64,000 nt of DNA, from the NCBI GenBank assembly GCA_964596615.1, contig CAZQUN010000005.1, positions 3,216 to 67,215 of the forward strand, read 5' to 3'. Of the stretch, positions 36,416 through 46,266 are shown piece by piece; position 1 is the stretch's first letter; the number at the start of each line of letters is the position of its first letter. Below the pieces are notes generated by a model. It worked only from the letters and a program-made list of their open reading frames with translations, searched no databases and was not told where the DNA came from. This stretch comes from an uncultured Candidatus Saccharibacteria bacterium (GTDB lineage: Bacteria > Patescibacteriota > Minisyncoccia > Portnoybacterales > UBA2143). Made by a program: the position numbers and the translations under genes.

Positions 36416-37591
36416 ATGAAAAAGAAAACAAAAATAATACTATCAATCATAGTGATTGTTTTAGTCGCTTTGGTGGCCGGGGATTGGTTTTTTGGCGGAC
36501 CTGGTTCTGATCTTTACTATGAAAAACCGCCGGAAGATCCAGAGGCTCGTAAAGCCTGGCTTTCAGAAAATATAGATAGTATGAGTAAGGAATTTATTAG
36601 CATTGATTACGAAGTGCCTTCCTGGAAGGAATTGAATCAAATAAATCAATCACTTGAAAGAAAATACCCAAAATATATTAAGGCGGTTCAAACCTACGGA
36701 ACATTGCCCAATCTGGTTGAAGTTTTGTATTTCGGAGACGTGCTTGAGGATTTAGGTGTTAATACTCAATTTGTCCATGCTAATTATTGGTTTAAAAAAG
36801 GAGATTTTAAACTTTGGTACCTAGGTTACGATAGGCCAAAGGATATGAGCCAGGATGAATCTAAAAGAGCTTTGGTTCACAACATCCTATTAGCCAAGGA
36901 GCAGGGCCTGGCCGTGATTCTTTTCCCTGACTATTTCCAACTAGAAGACGGAGGTATGACTGAGCTCAATATTTCAGATGATCTTGAAAGTCATCTTGAA
37001 ACCATAGCCCTTGATTTAGCTCAGATTGCGGAAGAATACAATGTTGAGTATCTCGTCCCATCTAATCAAATAGAAATGATTCTTGATTCAAATGGCTATA
37101 GCGTAGAAGAAGCCCAGCAACGAACTAATGCTTTCTATGCCAGCATAGTTCCTAAAATCAGGCAGATTTATTCAGGCAAGATTATGTACAAGATGGGTGG
37201 GTTCAGCAAGTGGAGTAATTATGATGGGATTTCGCTTAACGGCGCCGATATATTCGGTTTTACCGGTTGCTATAACCGGAATAAAGATGAAATTAGTTTC
37301 GTAGTGCCTGATATAAGAACAGCTGCTGCCCAGGCTAATAAGCTCTCGCAAAAGTATGGCATTCCTTGGATTAATGCAGAGTTCGTAATTAGCGATGATG
37401 AAATTCTGGTTGATAATCGCAGAGTTGCCCAGATGATGCCTATAGAAGATTACTACCAATCAGGATTAGATGCCTTTAAGACTTATGGTAGAAATGCAGT
37501 TGGATTTACAATTCATAGCCTTTTGGGATCGGGCAAGGTTTATGACACAAAAGCCATGCCATTAATCAAGGAGTTTTTTGCAACTAGATAA
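36416..37591 (+). CDS. Membrane-anchored extracytoplasmic protein, possibly a TIM-barrel glycoside-hydrolase-like fold. Not assignable.
   Basis: N-terminal TM. 391 aa with NAEF and NxE-type segments. No secure motif. Confidence 0.4.
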   Translation: MKKKTKIILSIIVIVLVALVAGDWFFGGPGSDLYYEKPPEDPEARKAWLSENIDSMSKEFISIDYEVPSWKELNQINQSLERKYPKYIKAVQTYGTLPNLVEVLYFGDVLEDLGVNTQFVHANYWFKKGDFKLWYLGYDRPKDMSQDESKRALVHNILLAKEQGLAVILFPDYFQLEDGGMTELNISDDLESHLETIALDLAQIAEEYNVEYLVPSNQIEMILDSNGYSVEEAQQRTNAFYASIVPKIRQIYSGKIMYKMGGFSKWSNYDGISLNGADIFGFTGCYNRNKDEISFVVPDIRTAAAQANKLSQKYGIPWINAEFVISDDEILVDNRRVAQMMPIEDYYQSGLDAFKTYGRNAVGFTIHSLLGSGKVYDTKAMPLIKEFFATR

Positions 37592-37636
37592 TAGAAAGGC
37601 CTAAACACATCTTTTGATTAATGGTATTATTAACAT

Positions 37637-37798
37637 ATGAGCAAAGTTAAAGTTAAACATCAAAGCTTTACCGCCTTTTCCTGGTTTGCCGGATGGCTCT
37701 TTACGATTGGTTTTCTCCATCTGTCTTTCTGGAAAGGCGTCTTGGCCATAGTGCTTTGGCCATATTATATCGGCGTGTTTATTAGTACGCTGATTTAA
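37637..37798 (+). CDS. Small hydrophobic protein (53 aa, two TM), absent from the ORF track
   Basis: ATG at 37637 (MSKVKVKHQSFTAFSWFAGWLFTIGFLHLSFWKGVLAIVLWPYYIGVFISTLI). Followed by the hairpin atcctg-ttggtc-aggat plus a T-run at 37823-37850. Confidence 0.3.
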   Translation: MSKVKVKHQSFTAFSWFAGWLFTIGFLHLSFWKGVLAIVLWPYYIGVFISTLI

Positions 37799-37904
37799 TT
37801 TAAGGTTATGGAATCTTAGATAGGAAATCCTGTTGGTCAGGATATTTTTTAATTCCGAAAGAAAAGGAATTTGATTAGCGTATTAGAGAGTATATAATGG
37901 GAGT

Positions 37905-38483
37905 ATGGTAAAAACTGAAAAATATCAGGATAAAACAGATGAAGAACTGGTTGGTTTGACTCTGGAAAACCAGGAATATTTTTTGTATTTAATAAAAAGA
38001 TACGAAGAGAAATTACTCCGATATATCACAAGAATCTCAAATTCAAACAGGGAAGATGCCGAAGATATTCTACAGGAAGTTTTTATCAAAACCTATCAGA
38101 ATTTAAATGACTTTGATTTAAGTTTGAAGTTTTCATCCTGGATTTATCGAATTTGCCACAACCGGGTTATCAGCAATTACAGGAAAACAAAGAATAATCC
38201 TAAAATCATTTCCATGGATTCAGATAATATTTTTTTAAAAAACCTGGCGACCGATTTAGATTTAAACGAAGAAATTAACCGGCGAGATATTAAGAATAAA
38301 TTTAATCGGGTTTTAGCTAAATTGGACAAGAAATACCGGGAAGTTTTAATTCTAAGACTTCTGGAAGAAAAAGATTACAAGGAAATATCAGATATTTTAA
38401 AAAAACCAATGGGAACAGTCGCAACCCTAATCAGTCGGGCAAAAAAACAATTCAAAAAAGAATATGAAAAACAAAAACATTAG
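37905..38483 (+). CDS. ECF-type sigma-70 family sigma factor
   Basis: Region 2 (DAEDILQEVFIKTYQNLNDF ... FSSWIYRICHNRVISNYRK) and region 4 HTH (YREVLILRLLEEKDYKEISDILKKPMGTVATLISRAKKQF). Confidence 0.85.
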   Translation: MVKTEKYQDKTDEELVGLTLENQEYFLYLIKRYEEKLLRYITRISNSNREDAEDILQEVFIKTYQNLNDFDLSLKFSSWIYRICHNRVISNYRKTKNNPKIISMDSDNIFLKNLATDLDLNEEINRRDIKNKFNRVLAKLDKKYREVLILRLLEEKDYKEISDILKKPMGTVATLISRAKKQFKKEYEKQKH

Positions 38484-39204
38484 CCAGGAAATCCTGGAAA
38501 CAATTAAAGAAAAAAAGATAACTCCTAAGCCAAAATGGCAGTTTCTCTTTAAGGACTATTTTATCTGGGCGATAACAGGGATTTTCTTGATAATTGGAAG
38601 CTTGTCAGCCGCCGTTGTTATTTACATGATTGACAACAATGACTGGGACTTGTATCAGAAAGCAAGCGACAGCTTTTTGGGTTTTGTCTTTGCTACCCTT
38701 CCATATTTCTGGATTCTTTTCCTGATTCTCTTTATTTTCATTGCCGATTACAATCTTAGACAGACAAAGGGCGGCTACCGCTATGGATTAGGTAAAATTA
38801 TCTTATCAACCGTTTTAGTTAGTTTAATTTTAGGCTCTCTTTTCTACAATCTCGGATTAGCCAAAACAATTGATCAGACCTTTAATGATATTCCCATTTA
38901 CAGAAAAATCATGGAGCATCGCCATCAAGTCTGGATGCAGCCAAACAAAGGACTTTTGGTTGGCCAGATTTTATCAGCCAAAGACAAAAATAATTTTATT
39001 CTCAAGGATTTAGATGGAAAAGATTGGCAGGTTTTCTGCTGCCAGGATATGGTTATTGAAGAAGAACTAGAGAAAGGATTGAGAATAAGGGCGATTGGCC
39101 AGGAAAAGGAAAAGAGCAGTTTCGAAGCCATTAGAATAATGCCCCTTATCGGAAAAAAATGGATGATGAAAGAAATGATGCCGCCCAGCCGTATTAATAG
39201 ATAG
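38464..39204 (+). CDS. Membrane protein immediately downstream of, and overlapping, the ECF sigma gene (candidate anti-sigma factor)
   Basis: Overlaps the sigma gene by 20 nt. A cytoplasmic N-terminus (about 40 aa) is followed by multiple TM helices. The assignment is positional inference only. Confidence 0.4.
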   Translation: MKNKNISQEILETIKEKKITPKPKWQFLFKDYFIWAITGIFLIIGSLSAAVVIYMIDNNDWDLYQKASDSFLGFVFATLPYFWILFLILFIFIADYNLRQTKGGYRYGLGKIILSTVLVSLILGSLFYNLGLAKTIDQTFNDIPIYRKIMEHRHQVWMQPNKGLLVGQILSAKDKNNFILKDLDGKDWQVFCCQDMVIEEELEKGLRIRAIGQEKEKSSFEAIRIMPLIGKKWMMKEMMPPSRINR

Positions 39205-39262
39205 AAGAAAGAGTGGTCGTTTTCTTCAAAAATAGATAGCTATCGTAATAATTAATAAAAAT

Positions 39263-39658
39263 ATGAGTAAAAACAAATATTATTTAGCCACGGGTTTGAT
39301 TGGGTTATTGATTACTACAGCAGTAGTTGCCTCAGTTACTTTTGCCGATACTGGCGGAGATAAAGCAGGAAATTTCCAGGAAAAGCGTCAGGTTATGCTG
39401 GAGAAACGTCAGGAAATGAAAGAAATCTTCGAAAACAATGATTATGATGCCTGGCAAGATTTAATGAACGAAAAAGCAGATTCACTAGAAGAAAAAGTCA
39501 GCCAAATTAGAGAATCAATCACTCAGGAAAACTTTGACAAATTATCTGAAATTCATCAATTACTCGAAGATGGCAAGTATGATGAAGCCAGAGAATTGAA
39601 GGAAGAAATGGGACTTGGCGGGTTCGGTCCCGGCATGCACCGGAATTATAGGAAATAG
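39263..39658 (+). CDS. Small secreted helical protein, unknown function
   Basis: Signal peptide/TM, then an E/K-rich helical region. Followed by a strong terminator. Confidence 0.45.
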   Translation: MSKNKYYLATGLIGLLITTAVVASVTFADTGGDKAGNFQEKRQVMLEKRQEMKEIFENNDYDAWQDLMNEKADSLEEKVSQIRESITQENFDKLSEIHQLLEDGKYDEARELKEEMGLGGFGPGMHRNYRK

Positions 39659-39672
39659 ATATTAGGCAGAGA

Positions 39673-39702
39673 GTCGCCCCTGGACGGGGCGGCTTTTTTT
39701 TG
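39673..39702 (+). terminator. Intrinsic terminator (cgcccc-tgga-cggggcg plus T8)
   Basis: Direct reading. Confidence 0.7.
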
Positions 39703-39733
39703 ATTTAATCTGAGATTATGATATAATAGTTTT

Positions 39734-40384
39734 ATGAAAAAAATAATTTGTCTGACAGTATTGATTTTTTTAGTTCTAACAGGAACAGCTTTGGCTTATC
39801 AGCCAAGAATAGTTTTTAACAAAACAACAATAAAAATTGAAGAACCGGAAACCTCCAAAGCATATTATGATATTCTTTCAGGAGACCCGGTTGTTTACCA
39901 GATTGAAGCTGACGAATCGTTTGATTTATATATTAACCTTCTGGTTCCGGCAATTGAGAATACCAGAAAGGACTTTATTATTGAAATCAGGAAAGACGGA
40001 GTTTTGCTTGACATGTTGCAGGGCGGGGGAGATGAATGGACAAATTTTTATGAACCCTATGGCCGAGATAACTATCTTAGAGGCCCGGAATTCAAACAGG
40101 AAGCCGAACCAGGCAGTTATGAAATAGAGATTTTTAATAATGACTATGATGGCAAATATGTCTTAGTCATTGGTGAAAAAGAGGAATTTCCTTTAAAAAG
40201 AATCATTAAAACCGCCCTTGTTCTGCCAAAAATAAAAGTTCAGTTTTTTGGAAAATCACCATTGGTCGCTTTGTTTAATTTATCCGGATTATTCCTGCTA
40301 GTTATTATCCTTCTAATTTTAACCATTATTTTTGTCTTAAAAAAAATATTAAAAAAGAGAAAGGAGATAAAAAATGAAATTTAG
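39734..40384 (+). CDS. Secreted protein with a C-terminal TM anchor and basic tail, unknown function
   Basis: Signal peptide, an approx 150-aa extracytoplasmic domain and a C-terminal hydrophobic helix plus KKILKKRKEI. Confidence 0.5.
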   Translation: MKKIICLTVLIFLVLTGTALAYQPRIVFNKTTIKIEEPETSKAYYDILSGDPVVYQIEADESFDLYINLLVPAIENTRKDFIIEIRKDGVLLDMLQGGGDEWTNFYEPYGRDNYLRGPEFKQEAEPGSYEIEIFNNDYDGKYVLVIGEKEEFPLKRIIKTALVLPKIKVQFFGKSPLVALFNLSGLFLLVIILLILTIIFVLKKILKKRKEIKNEI

Positions 40385-41534
40385 AAAAACAATTTATTCT
40401 GTTTTAATTTTAGTTTTGCTTTTCAGTTTTTCATTCGCTCTGGCAGCTGAATTTAGGGTAGGGACCAAAGAAGGGGGAAGCGTTACGGTTAATCAGGGTG
40501 AAAGAGTAAAAAACCTCTATACAGTCGGTAATTTCATTTCAATCAACGGCGATATTGAGAAAAGCTTATACACTGCTGGAAATGTTATTACCATCAGCGG
40601 CAATATTGAGGGGAGCGTTAATGCTGCTGGTAATACGATTGTTGTTCGAGGAAATGTTGGCGATAGCGTTCATGCTGGCGGCAGCAGTGTCCTGATCGAA
40701 GGAGAAATTAAAGAAGATTTATTTCTCGGTGGCGGCAATATTATCATTACCAAATCAGCTTCAGTCGGCGGAGATTTAATTCTTGGCGGCGGTAATGTTG
40801 AAATTAACGGACCAATAGCAGGAGATATTCTTTTAGGCGGCGGCAACGTTACAATTAACAGCAAAATTAGCGGCAAAGTTAAAGCAAGCGTTGATCAACT
40901 GAAATTAGGCCCTTTGGCTGAAATTGAAGGAAATTTGAACTATACTTCTCCCAAAGAAGTTGAAATGGATGAAGGTGCAAAAGTTTTAGGAGAAATCGAG
41001 TTTAATAAAAAGCAAATTAGAAAAGCCGGTTTAGGCAAGAAATCAGGAACATTCTCTGGTATTCTAACCCTGGCCTTTCTACTCAAAATCCTGATGTCTA
41101 TCGCAGCCGGATTGGTTCTAATTTATCTTTTGAGGAATTTGAGCGAGAAAGTCATTAGGGGAAGCTTAACTCGTTTCTGGAAAAACTTGGGCCTTGGATT
41201 CTCAGCCTTAATTCTAACTCCAATTGCAGCCCTAATTATTCTGATAACAATCATTGGCGCCTGGGTTTCCGGATTAATCATGGTTGCATATTTTCTGATG
41301 CTTCTTTTAGCCGGGACTTTGGCCAATATTGCTTTTGGCAGCTGGCTGATTAAGATAGTCAAGAAAAAAGAGAGTTATCCAATTAATTGGCAGGCAGTTG
41401 TTATTGGTGTTATCAGCTTGAAAATTATTACCCTAATTCCGTTTATTGGCTGGCTGGTTGGATTAGTTTTCTGCCTGATTGCTCTTGGCGCTCTTTACCG
41501 ATTGACTTATCAGGCCGTTATTTCAAGAAAATAG
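40374..41534 (+). CDS. Envelope protein with an N-terminal signal peptide, a beta-helical bactofilin/DUF342-like repeat domain (GN.I.I.G.I.GSV.A.GN.I.V.G.V) and a C-terminal polytopic membrane domain
   Basis: Repeated G-x-hydrophobic periodicity over about 180 aa, then about 6 TM helices. Confidence 0.55.
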   Translation: MKFRKTIYSVLILVLLFSFSFALAAEFRVGTKEGGSVTVNQGERVKNLYTVGNFISINGDIEKSLYTAGNVITISGNIEGSVNAAGNTIVVRGNVGDSVHAGGSSVLIEGEIKEDLFLGGGNIIITKSASVGGDLILGGGNVEINGPIAGDILLGGGNVTINSKISGKVKASVDQLKLGPLAEIEGNLNYTSPKEVEMDEGAKVLGEIEFNKKQIRKAGLGKKSGTFSGILTLAFLLKILMSIAAGLVLIYLLRNLSEKVIRGSLTRFWKNLGLGFSALILTPIAALIILITIIGAWVSGLIMVAYFLMLLLAGTLANIAFGSWLIKIVKKKESYPINWQAVVIGVISLKIITLIPFIGWLVGLVFCLIALGALYRLTYQAVISRK

Positions 41535-41556
41535 GGGATTGTTGAAATTAAGGAAG

Positions 41557-41586
41557 ACAACCGCTCTTAAGCGGTTGTTTTCTTTC
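41557..41586 (+). terminator. Intrinsic terminator (caaccgc-tcttaa-gcggttg plus a T-run)
   Basis: Direct reading. Confidence 0.65.
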
Positions 41587-41635
41587 GGGATATTGATTTT
41601 TTCTAATCATTGGTCTATTCTGTTAGCTAATAAAA

Positions 41636-42034
41636 TTGTTCTTAATAGCAAGGAGGTTCGCTATGTCTGAAATGTATAAATATGTCGAGAGGATATTAGG
41701 GAACAGATTAAACAATCCTACTCGGAAATTAGAATGGGAGATAGAAAAAGGAATCAGAAGCGACATTGTTGCAGCGGGTCTCTTGGAGGATAGGAATGGA
41801 ATTTTTCATATAACTATTTCTTGTGACGGAAATTCTGTTAGATTCAAAAACACGAATTATGGTCACCTTGAAGAAGTGGTAGTAAAAGCTGTTTCTAAAT
41901 TCCAAAGGGAAATTCCAGACGGAAGTCTTTCTTTGGAAGGGTTTCAGATTGAGGTAATTATGCCTCAGGGTAATAAGGTTTCCCTTCCCAAGTACGTGTG
42001 GAAAAAAACAGTTGAAAGGCACCTCGGTGTCTAA
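41636..42034 (+). CDS. Hypothetical soluble protein (start more likely at 41663, MSEMYKY...)
   Basis: ORF with a downstream hairpin terminator (cggtctggt-aaatgca-ccaggccg). No recognisable motif. Confidence 0.4.
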   Translation: MFLIARRFAMSEMYKYVERILGNRLNNPTRKLEWEIEKGIRSDIVAAGLLEDRNGIFHITISCDGNSVRFKNTNYGHLEEVVVKAVSKFQREIPDGSLSLEGFQIEVIMPQGNKVSLPKYVWKKTVERHLGV

Positions 42035-42104
42035 AGCTAAAAACGGTCTGGTAAATGCACCAGGCCGTTCCCATTTTTTAAGGAATAGTGTATAATTAAA
42101 ATAT

Positions 42105-42416
42105 ATGAAAAACTCTAGATTAATATTAACAGCTTTCTTGAACTCAATCGCTGTTTTTATCTATGTCTCAGGTATTGCCTGGCTTCTATTCAACGGCGAA
42201 AGATTTTTTGGCCAGGCGAGTAATTTCTGGATGCCAACAGCATTGCTCCTTGTTTTTATTGTCTCAGCAACAATTACCGGATTATTGGTTTTGGGCCGAC
42301 CAATTTATCTTTATCTTAATAATCTTAGATCCGAGGCGGTTAAATTATTAATCTATACCGTTATCTTTTTGCTGGTTATTACTGCTATTGCGCTGATTAC
42401 TAATGTGCTTACCTAG
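42105..42416 (+). CDS. Small membrane protein (3 TM)
   Basis: Hydrophobic ORF. A terminator-like hairpin cccc-N13-gggg plus T6 lies at 42466-42495. Confidence 0.4.
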   Translation: MKNSRLILTAFLNSIAVFIYVSGIAWLLFNGERFFGQASNFWMPTALLLVFIVSATITGLLVLGRPIYLYLNNLRSEAVKLLIYTVIFLLVITAIALITNVLT

Positions 42417-42594
42417 TTTTTAGTTTTGCATTAGAGTAGAAACAATTAAATATTTTATTTCACCCACCCCTAGAATATAAAATGGGGTTTTTTGATGTCA
42501 TGACAAAAATTTTCAAACTTAAATCGCAAGGGGTGTTTATAAAAAAAGCCGCCACACCTTGGTTAAGGCATGGCGGGCAGAGGGTTGGTCTGTT

Positions 42595-42846
42595 TTAGTT
42601 TTTAACAAACGACAGGGTAAAACCTACTCCCGAAGACTCAGGAGCCCGACAGACATCTGAAGTTGAGACAGAAAAACCTCCCTCTTTAATCAGCTTGACC
42701 AACTGCCTGACATGCTTTTCCGTCTTAATATCTGTCTCTTTGGGGAGTACGAAAAAACGAACATCAAACTGATTTGCTTCACCCTTATCTTCAGGATCTT
42801 CGAGCGGAGTGATATCTACTCTCCAGTCGGGGTTGCTCTCACTCAT
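42595..42846 (-). CDS. Small acidic protein, unknown function, with its own promoter and terminator
   Basis: TTGACA-17-TTTAAT on the minus strand upstream, the RBS aaggaggtattt, and a downstream hairpin followed by a T-run. Confidence 0.45.
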   Translation of the reverse strand: MSESNPDWRVDITPLEDPEDKGEANQFDVRFFVLPKETDIKTEKHVRQLVKLIKEGGFSVSTSDVCRAPESSGVGFTLSFVKN

Positions 42847-43083
42847 AAATACCTCCTTTCACTCAACTTTAAAGATAACAAAATCTATTAATTCTATTAA
42901 AACATACTATTTAACCAATGTCAATTGATTGGAATATCTAAATATGGGGAGGGCAAACTGGTCTTTCCGCCAAAGACCAAAAAATCCATTAAGCTCCTGG
43001 CGAAAAGTATTAAAAAAAACACTCTTGGTTGTTCGCGATGAGGCCCATCGTTTTAGCCGAAAAGCGAGTCGGAAAAAAAAGAC

Positions 43084-44445
43084 CTATTTTATCCCCATCT
43101 TCTTAAAAAGAAAATCTTCAATAACCTTGTAACCATGATATTTCTTGCCAATCCCAAAATTCTTTTCCAGTTTTTTATTTAAATTCTTGTCAGTCAGCCA
43201 TTTGATTGTTTTTCTTACAGCTTTGTCCATATTTTTCTGAGGAATCTGATAAAGCCCGGTCTTGTCGTTTTTCCTAATCTTGTCTCCCAAAGAAATTAAG
43301 TTGTATTTTTCTTTAACAATATCTTTCTTAAAGACCGGGTATTCGAAAATGACGAACGGCTTTTTAGCAAAAACCGCTTCAATTAATTGATTGCCCCAGC
43401 CCTCCCAAATACTTGGAAAAGTAATCAAGTCAGCGTAAACATAGGCATCCCATAAAGATAGGGTTTTAACGCCGCCGTTATAGTGCCTTTCGGCTTTAAT
43501 ATGTTCGGAAACAAACCTAACCCTAACTCGTTCGTCAAAGGCCTTAGTTTTTAATTTAAAAAGATAATCTCTTTTTTCGTCTTCAGTATAGCCAGCCATG
43601 ATTAGAATAACATTGGAACGGGAATTAAGTTTTTTGCCATTATACAACTTCTTTCCTCTTAATTTTGAAATATTTTCCTGAAGAACATTGGCAAAGTCAA
43701 TCGCTGTTTCAATCCCTTTTCTTGGAATAATTCGGGTTGCCTGGAGAATAACCAAATCGTTTTGACCAATATCAAACTGCTTTAGAAAATCTTTATTGAA
43801 TTTATCCTTTCTCCACTCCTTTTGTTCAAAATCAAAAGTATCCGGGAGGATTTCTGCTCTAATACCGCTTCTTTTTTTAAGTTCGTGCTGAGTGATTGAG
43901 TTAATGACAACATGCTTAATGTATTCGCTTTTCGGCGGCATATATTTATCAATGTATTTTTTTAAATATGAATTGCGGGGAAGATGGAATTCTCTTCTTT
44001 CCCAGAAAAAATCATGATGAGTAGCAATAGTTTTAAGTTTGAATTTTTCAATCCAATTTAAAAATCCTCTGGCAGCGGCAATATGACCGCCAAAGGAAAA
44101 GATGTTATGAATCAGAACCAAGTCAAATTTTTCTTTTCTCTGGATTCGGGTTAATTCTTTTTCAATTGCGTTGGAAAGTTTTCTGATTTTTCTCTTTATC
44201 TCAATATCTTCCAAATCCCAGCGACGAAAATGAATAAACCCGTTTTCTTTAACAATCGGAACAACGCCGTCATCCCATTCTAATTCCTTAATAACATAAT
44301 CAGCCCCTTTACTTCGGGGGCCGGCAATTAGTTTAACATTAAAGCCATGCTCTTTTAAAATTTGCTCTCTTTTCTCTATTTCAAGAGAAACCCCATCTGT
44401 TCCTCCAACGCGATAATGACAGATAGCAATCTTGGTTTTAGGCAT
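43084..44445 (-). CDS. Glycosyltransferase, GT4-like (GT-B fold)
   Basis: 453 aa. C-terminal domain with EGWGNQLIEAVFAKKPFVI, similar to the GT4 E-x7-E region. N-terminal Rossmann-like domain. Confidence 0.65.
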   Translation of the reverse strand: MPKTKIAICHYRVGGTDGVSLEIEKREQILKEHGFNVKLIAGPRSKGADYVIKELEWDDGVVPIVKENGFIHFRRWDLEDIEIKRKIRKLSNAIEKELTRIQRKEKFDLVLIHNIFSFGGHIAAARGFLNWIEKFKLKTIATHHDFFWERREFHLPRNSYLKKYIDKYMPPKSEYIKHVVINSITQHELKKRSGIRAEILPDTFDFEQKEWRKDKFNKDFLKQFDIGQNDLVILQATRIIPRKGIETAIDFANVLQENISKLRGKKLYNGKKLNSRSNVILIMAGYTEDEKRDYLFKLKTKAFDERVRVRFVSEHIKAERHYNGGVKTLSLWDAYVYADLITFPSIWEGWGNQLIEAVFAKKPFVIFEYPVFKKDIVKEKYNLISLGDKIRKNDKTGLYQIPQKNMDKAVRKTIKWLTDKNLNKKLEKNFGIGKKYHGYKVIEDFLFKKMGIK

Positions 44446-44469
44446 TACTTATATGGTATAATAAAAAGG

Positions 44470-45228
44470 ATGATTGAGCAAATAATATTGGGGATTATTC
44501 AAGGAATAGCCGAATGGCTGCCAATCAGTTCAGAAGGACTGATTGTTTTGGTTAAGAATAATTTTTTTGAAAGCGGGGGAATAGAAAATATTATCAGGCA
44601 GGCCTTGTTTTTACATTTAGGCACATTTCTGGCCGCCCTAATATATTTTAGAAAAGAAGTTCTGTCTTTAAGTAAAGATAAAAAGCTTCTGAAATTTCTA
44701 ATTATTACTACTTTAATTAGTGGCATTTTTGGATATTTTTTAATTAAAGTTTTTGTTAATTTAGAAAATGAATTAACTCTTTCAACAAAAGCAATTACTT
44801 TAACTATTGGCTTGCTTTTACTTTTAACTGCCGGATTCCAGTTAAGAGCTAAAATGGGGGAGTATAAGGAAAGGAAGGACTTAAATATCAAAGATGGAAT
44901 TCTTTTGGGATTAATTCAAGGAATAGCTGTCCTGCCAGGTTTGTCCCGTTCCGGCTTAACCGTTTCAACTTTGCTTTTGAGAAAGTTTAAAAGTAGGGAA
45001 GCATTAACTTTAAGTTTTTTAATGAGTTTGCCAATTGTTTTGGGCGGCAATATTATGCTTAATTTTAATCAATTCAGTTTTAATTCAGGAAATTTATTAG
45101 GCTTATGCTTCTCTTTTATTTTCGGACTTTTAACAATTGGTTTGTTATTAAAAATAGCCGGAAGAATTAACTTCGGATATTTTGTCCTAATTTTTGGATT
45201 TTTAGTTATTCTTTCTATTTTTCTGTAA
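44470..45228 (+). CDS. uppP: Undecaprenyl-diphosphatase (BacA/UppP)
   Basis: GIAEWLPISSEG and PGLSRSGLTVS signature motifs. 8 TM. The start was moved from the track to the ATG at 44470. Confidence 0.8.
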   Translation: MIEQIILGIIQGIAEWLPISSEGLIVLVKNNFFESGGIENIIRQALFLHLGTFLAALIYFRKEVLSLSKDKKLLKFLIITTLISGIFGYFLIKVFVNLENELTLSTKAITLTIGLLLLLTAGFQLRAKMGEYKERKDLNIKDGILLGLIQGIAVLPGLSRSGLTVSTLLLRKFKSREALTLSFLMSLPIVLGGNIMLNFNQFSFNSGNLLGLCFSFIFGLLTIGLLLKIAGRINFGYFVLIFGFLVILSIFL

Positions 45229-45304
45229 AAAGAAAGAAGCGTCGTCTCTTTGGCGAGATAACGCTTCTAAGTGAAGAGGTTAGGCTAATTCATTTATTTT
45301 CGCT

Positions 45305-45649
45305 TCAAGCGTTTCTAAGGGGGATGGCTTTGGCAAAAAAGGCAGTTCCGTTTTGGCTTAAGATCTTTTGGATTTTTTCATCCGGGGTATAGCCGCTAGC
45401 AATGATGATTTTTGCTTCTGGGTTAATCTCCCTTATTTCAGCAAAAACTTCATCGCCGCCCATTTCTGGCATTATCATGTCGAGAATGACCAGATCAAAA
45501 CCACCATTTCTGTAGGAATCCAATCCCTCTTTCCCGCTTTCAGCTGTTGCGACACAGTGCCCGAGAGCTTTAATCATTTCTTTTATTGTCTCTCGAGGTG
45601 CTGTTTCGTCGTCTATCACAAGAACTTTCTTCATAGAACCCTCCTTCAA
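45305..45649 (-). CDS. Stand-alone response-regulator receiver domain (CheY-like)
   Basis: KVLVIDDE, phospho-acceptor context DLVILDMIMP, then T/S and K (FFAKAIPL) in the expected positions. Confidence 0.8.
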   Translation of the reverse strand: MKEGSMKKVLVIDDETAPRETIKEMIKALGHCVATAESGKEGLDSYRNGGFDLVILDMIMPEMGGDEVFAEIREINPEAKIIIASGYTPDEKIQKILSQNGTAFFAKAIPLRNA

Positions 45650-45749
45650 AGGAATTTCATATACTCTACCACCATATACCTAATTTGTCAATACATTTTC
45701 TTATCAACAATTTCTTTTAATTTTTTACTTTTTGTGATAGAATATTTTT

Positions 45750-46247
45750 GTGGCTTCGAAGAAAAAAATTGCCAAAGATTTAGGAAAAGCTTCTAAAGAA
45801 TTCCTTAATAAAAAAAAGAGGAAGACGCTTTTGGATTCTTTAAAAAGTGATAAAACCAAATGGTTTTTATGGATTTCTCAAATGAAGGGGATTTTAAAGA
45901 ATTTGAACCGGGCGGATATGATTAGTTTTGCCGGTTTGGTTTTGCTCTTAGAACAGAAACCAAAAAGCAGATTCCATCGGGATAATCTAAAAAGATTTTT
46001 AATCAACAAAACCGAGTATTACAAACATTACGATTTTTCCTTAGAAAAAGAACTAAGAAAGGAAAAAAGGAAAAGAGGAAATTTATGGATAAGCAAAGTT
46101 CTTCGTCTTTTTATCAGCCGTTCTTTTCTGGGAATTTTAATTCTAATCCTAATCCTCGGTTTCATTATCTGGTTTTATCTTGACCGAGAAAGTTGTCTTG
46201 AATTTGTTCAAAAGGTAATCGAGCCTTTTTTGAAATCAATTAGATAA
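45750..46247 (+). CDS. Hypothetical membrane protein
   Basis: ORF with two hydrophobic helices. Otherwise basic. Confidence 0.35.
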   Translation: MASKKKIAKDLGKASKEFLNKKKRKTLLDSLKSDKTKWFLWISQMKGILKNLNRADMISFAGLVLLLEQKPKSRFHRDNLKRFLINKTEYYKHYDFSLEKELRKEKRKRGNLWISKVLRLFISRSFLGILILILILGFIIWFYLDRESCLEFVQKVIEPFLKSIR

Positions 46248-46266
46248 ATAAAAGGAGAATAAAAGT

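Noticed and set aside
41729-42022. 97-aa minus-strand ORF
   Set aside because: It is fully antisense to the better-supported plus-strand ORF 41636-42034, which has a downstream terminator. There are no start signals.
42929-43132. 67-aa plus-strand ORF upstream of the GT4 gene
   Set aside because: Arg/Lys-rich and low complexity. It overlaps the 3' end of the convergent glycosyltransferase and lacks an RBS.
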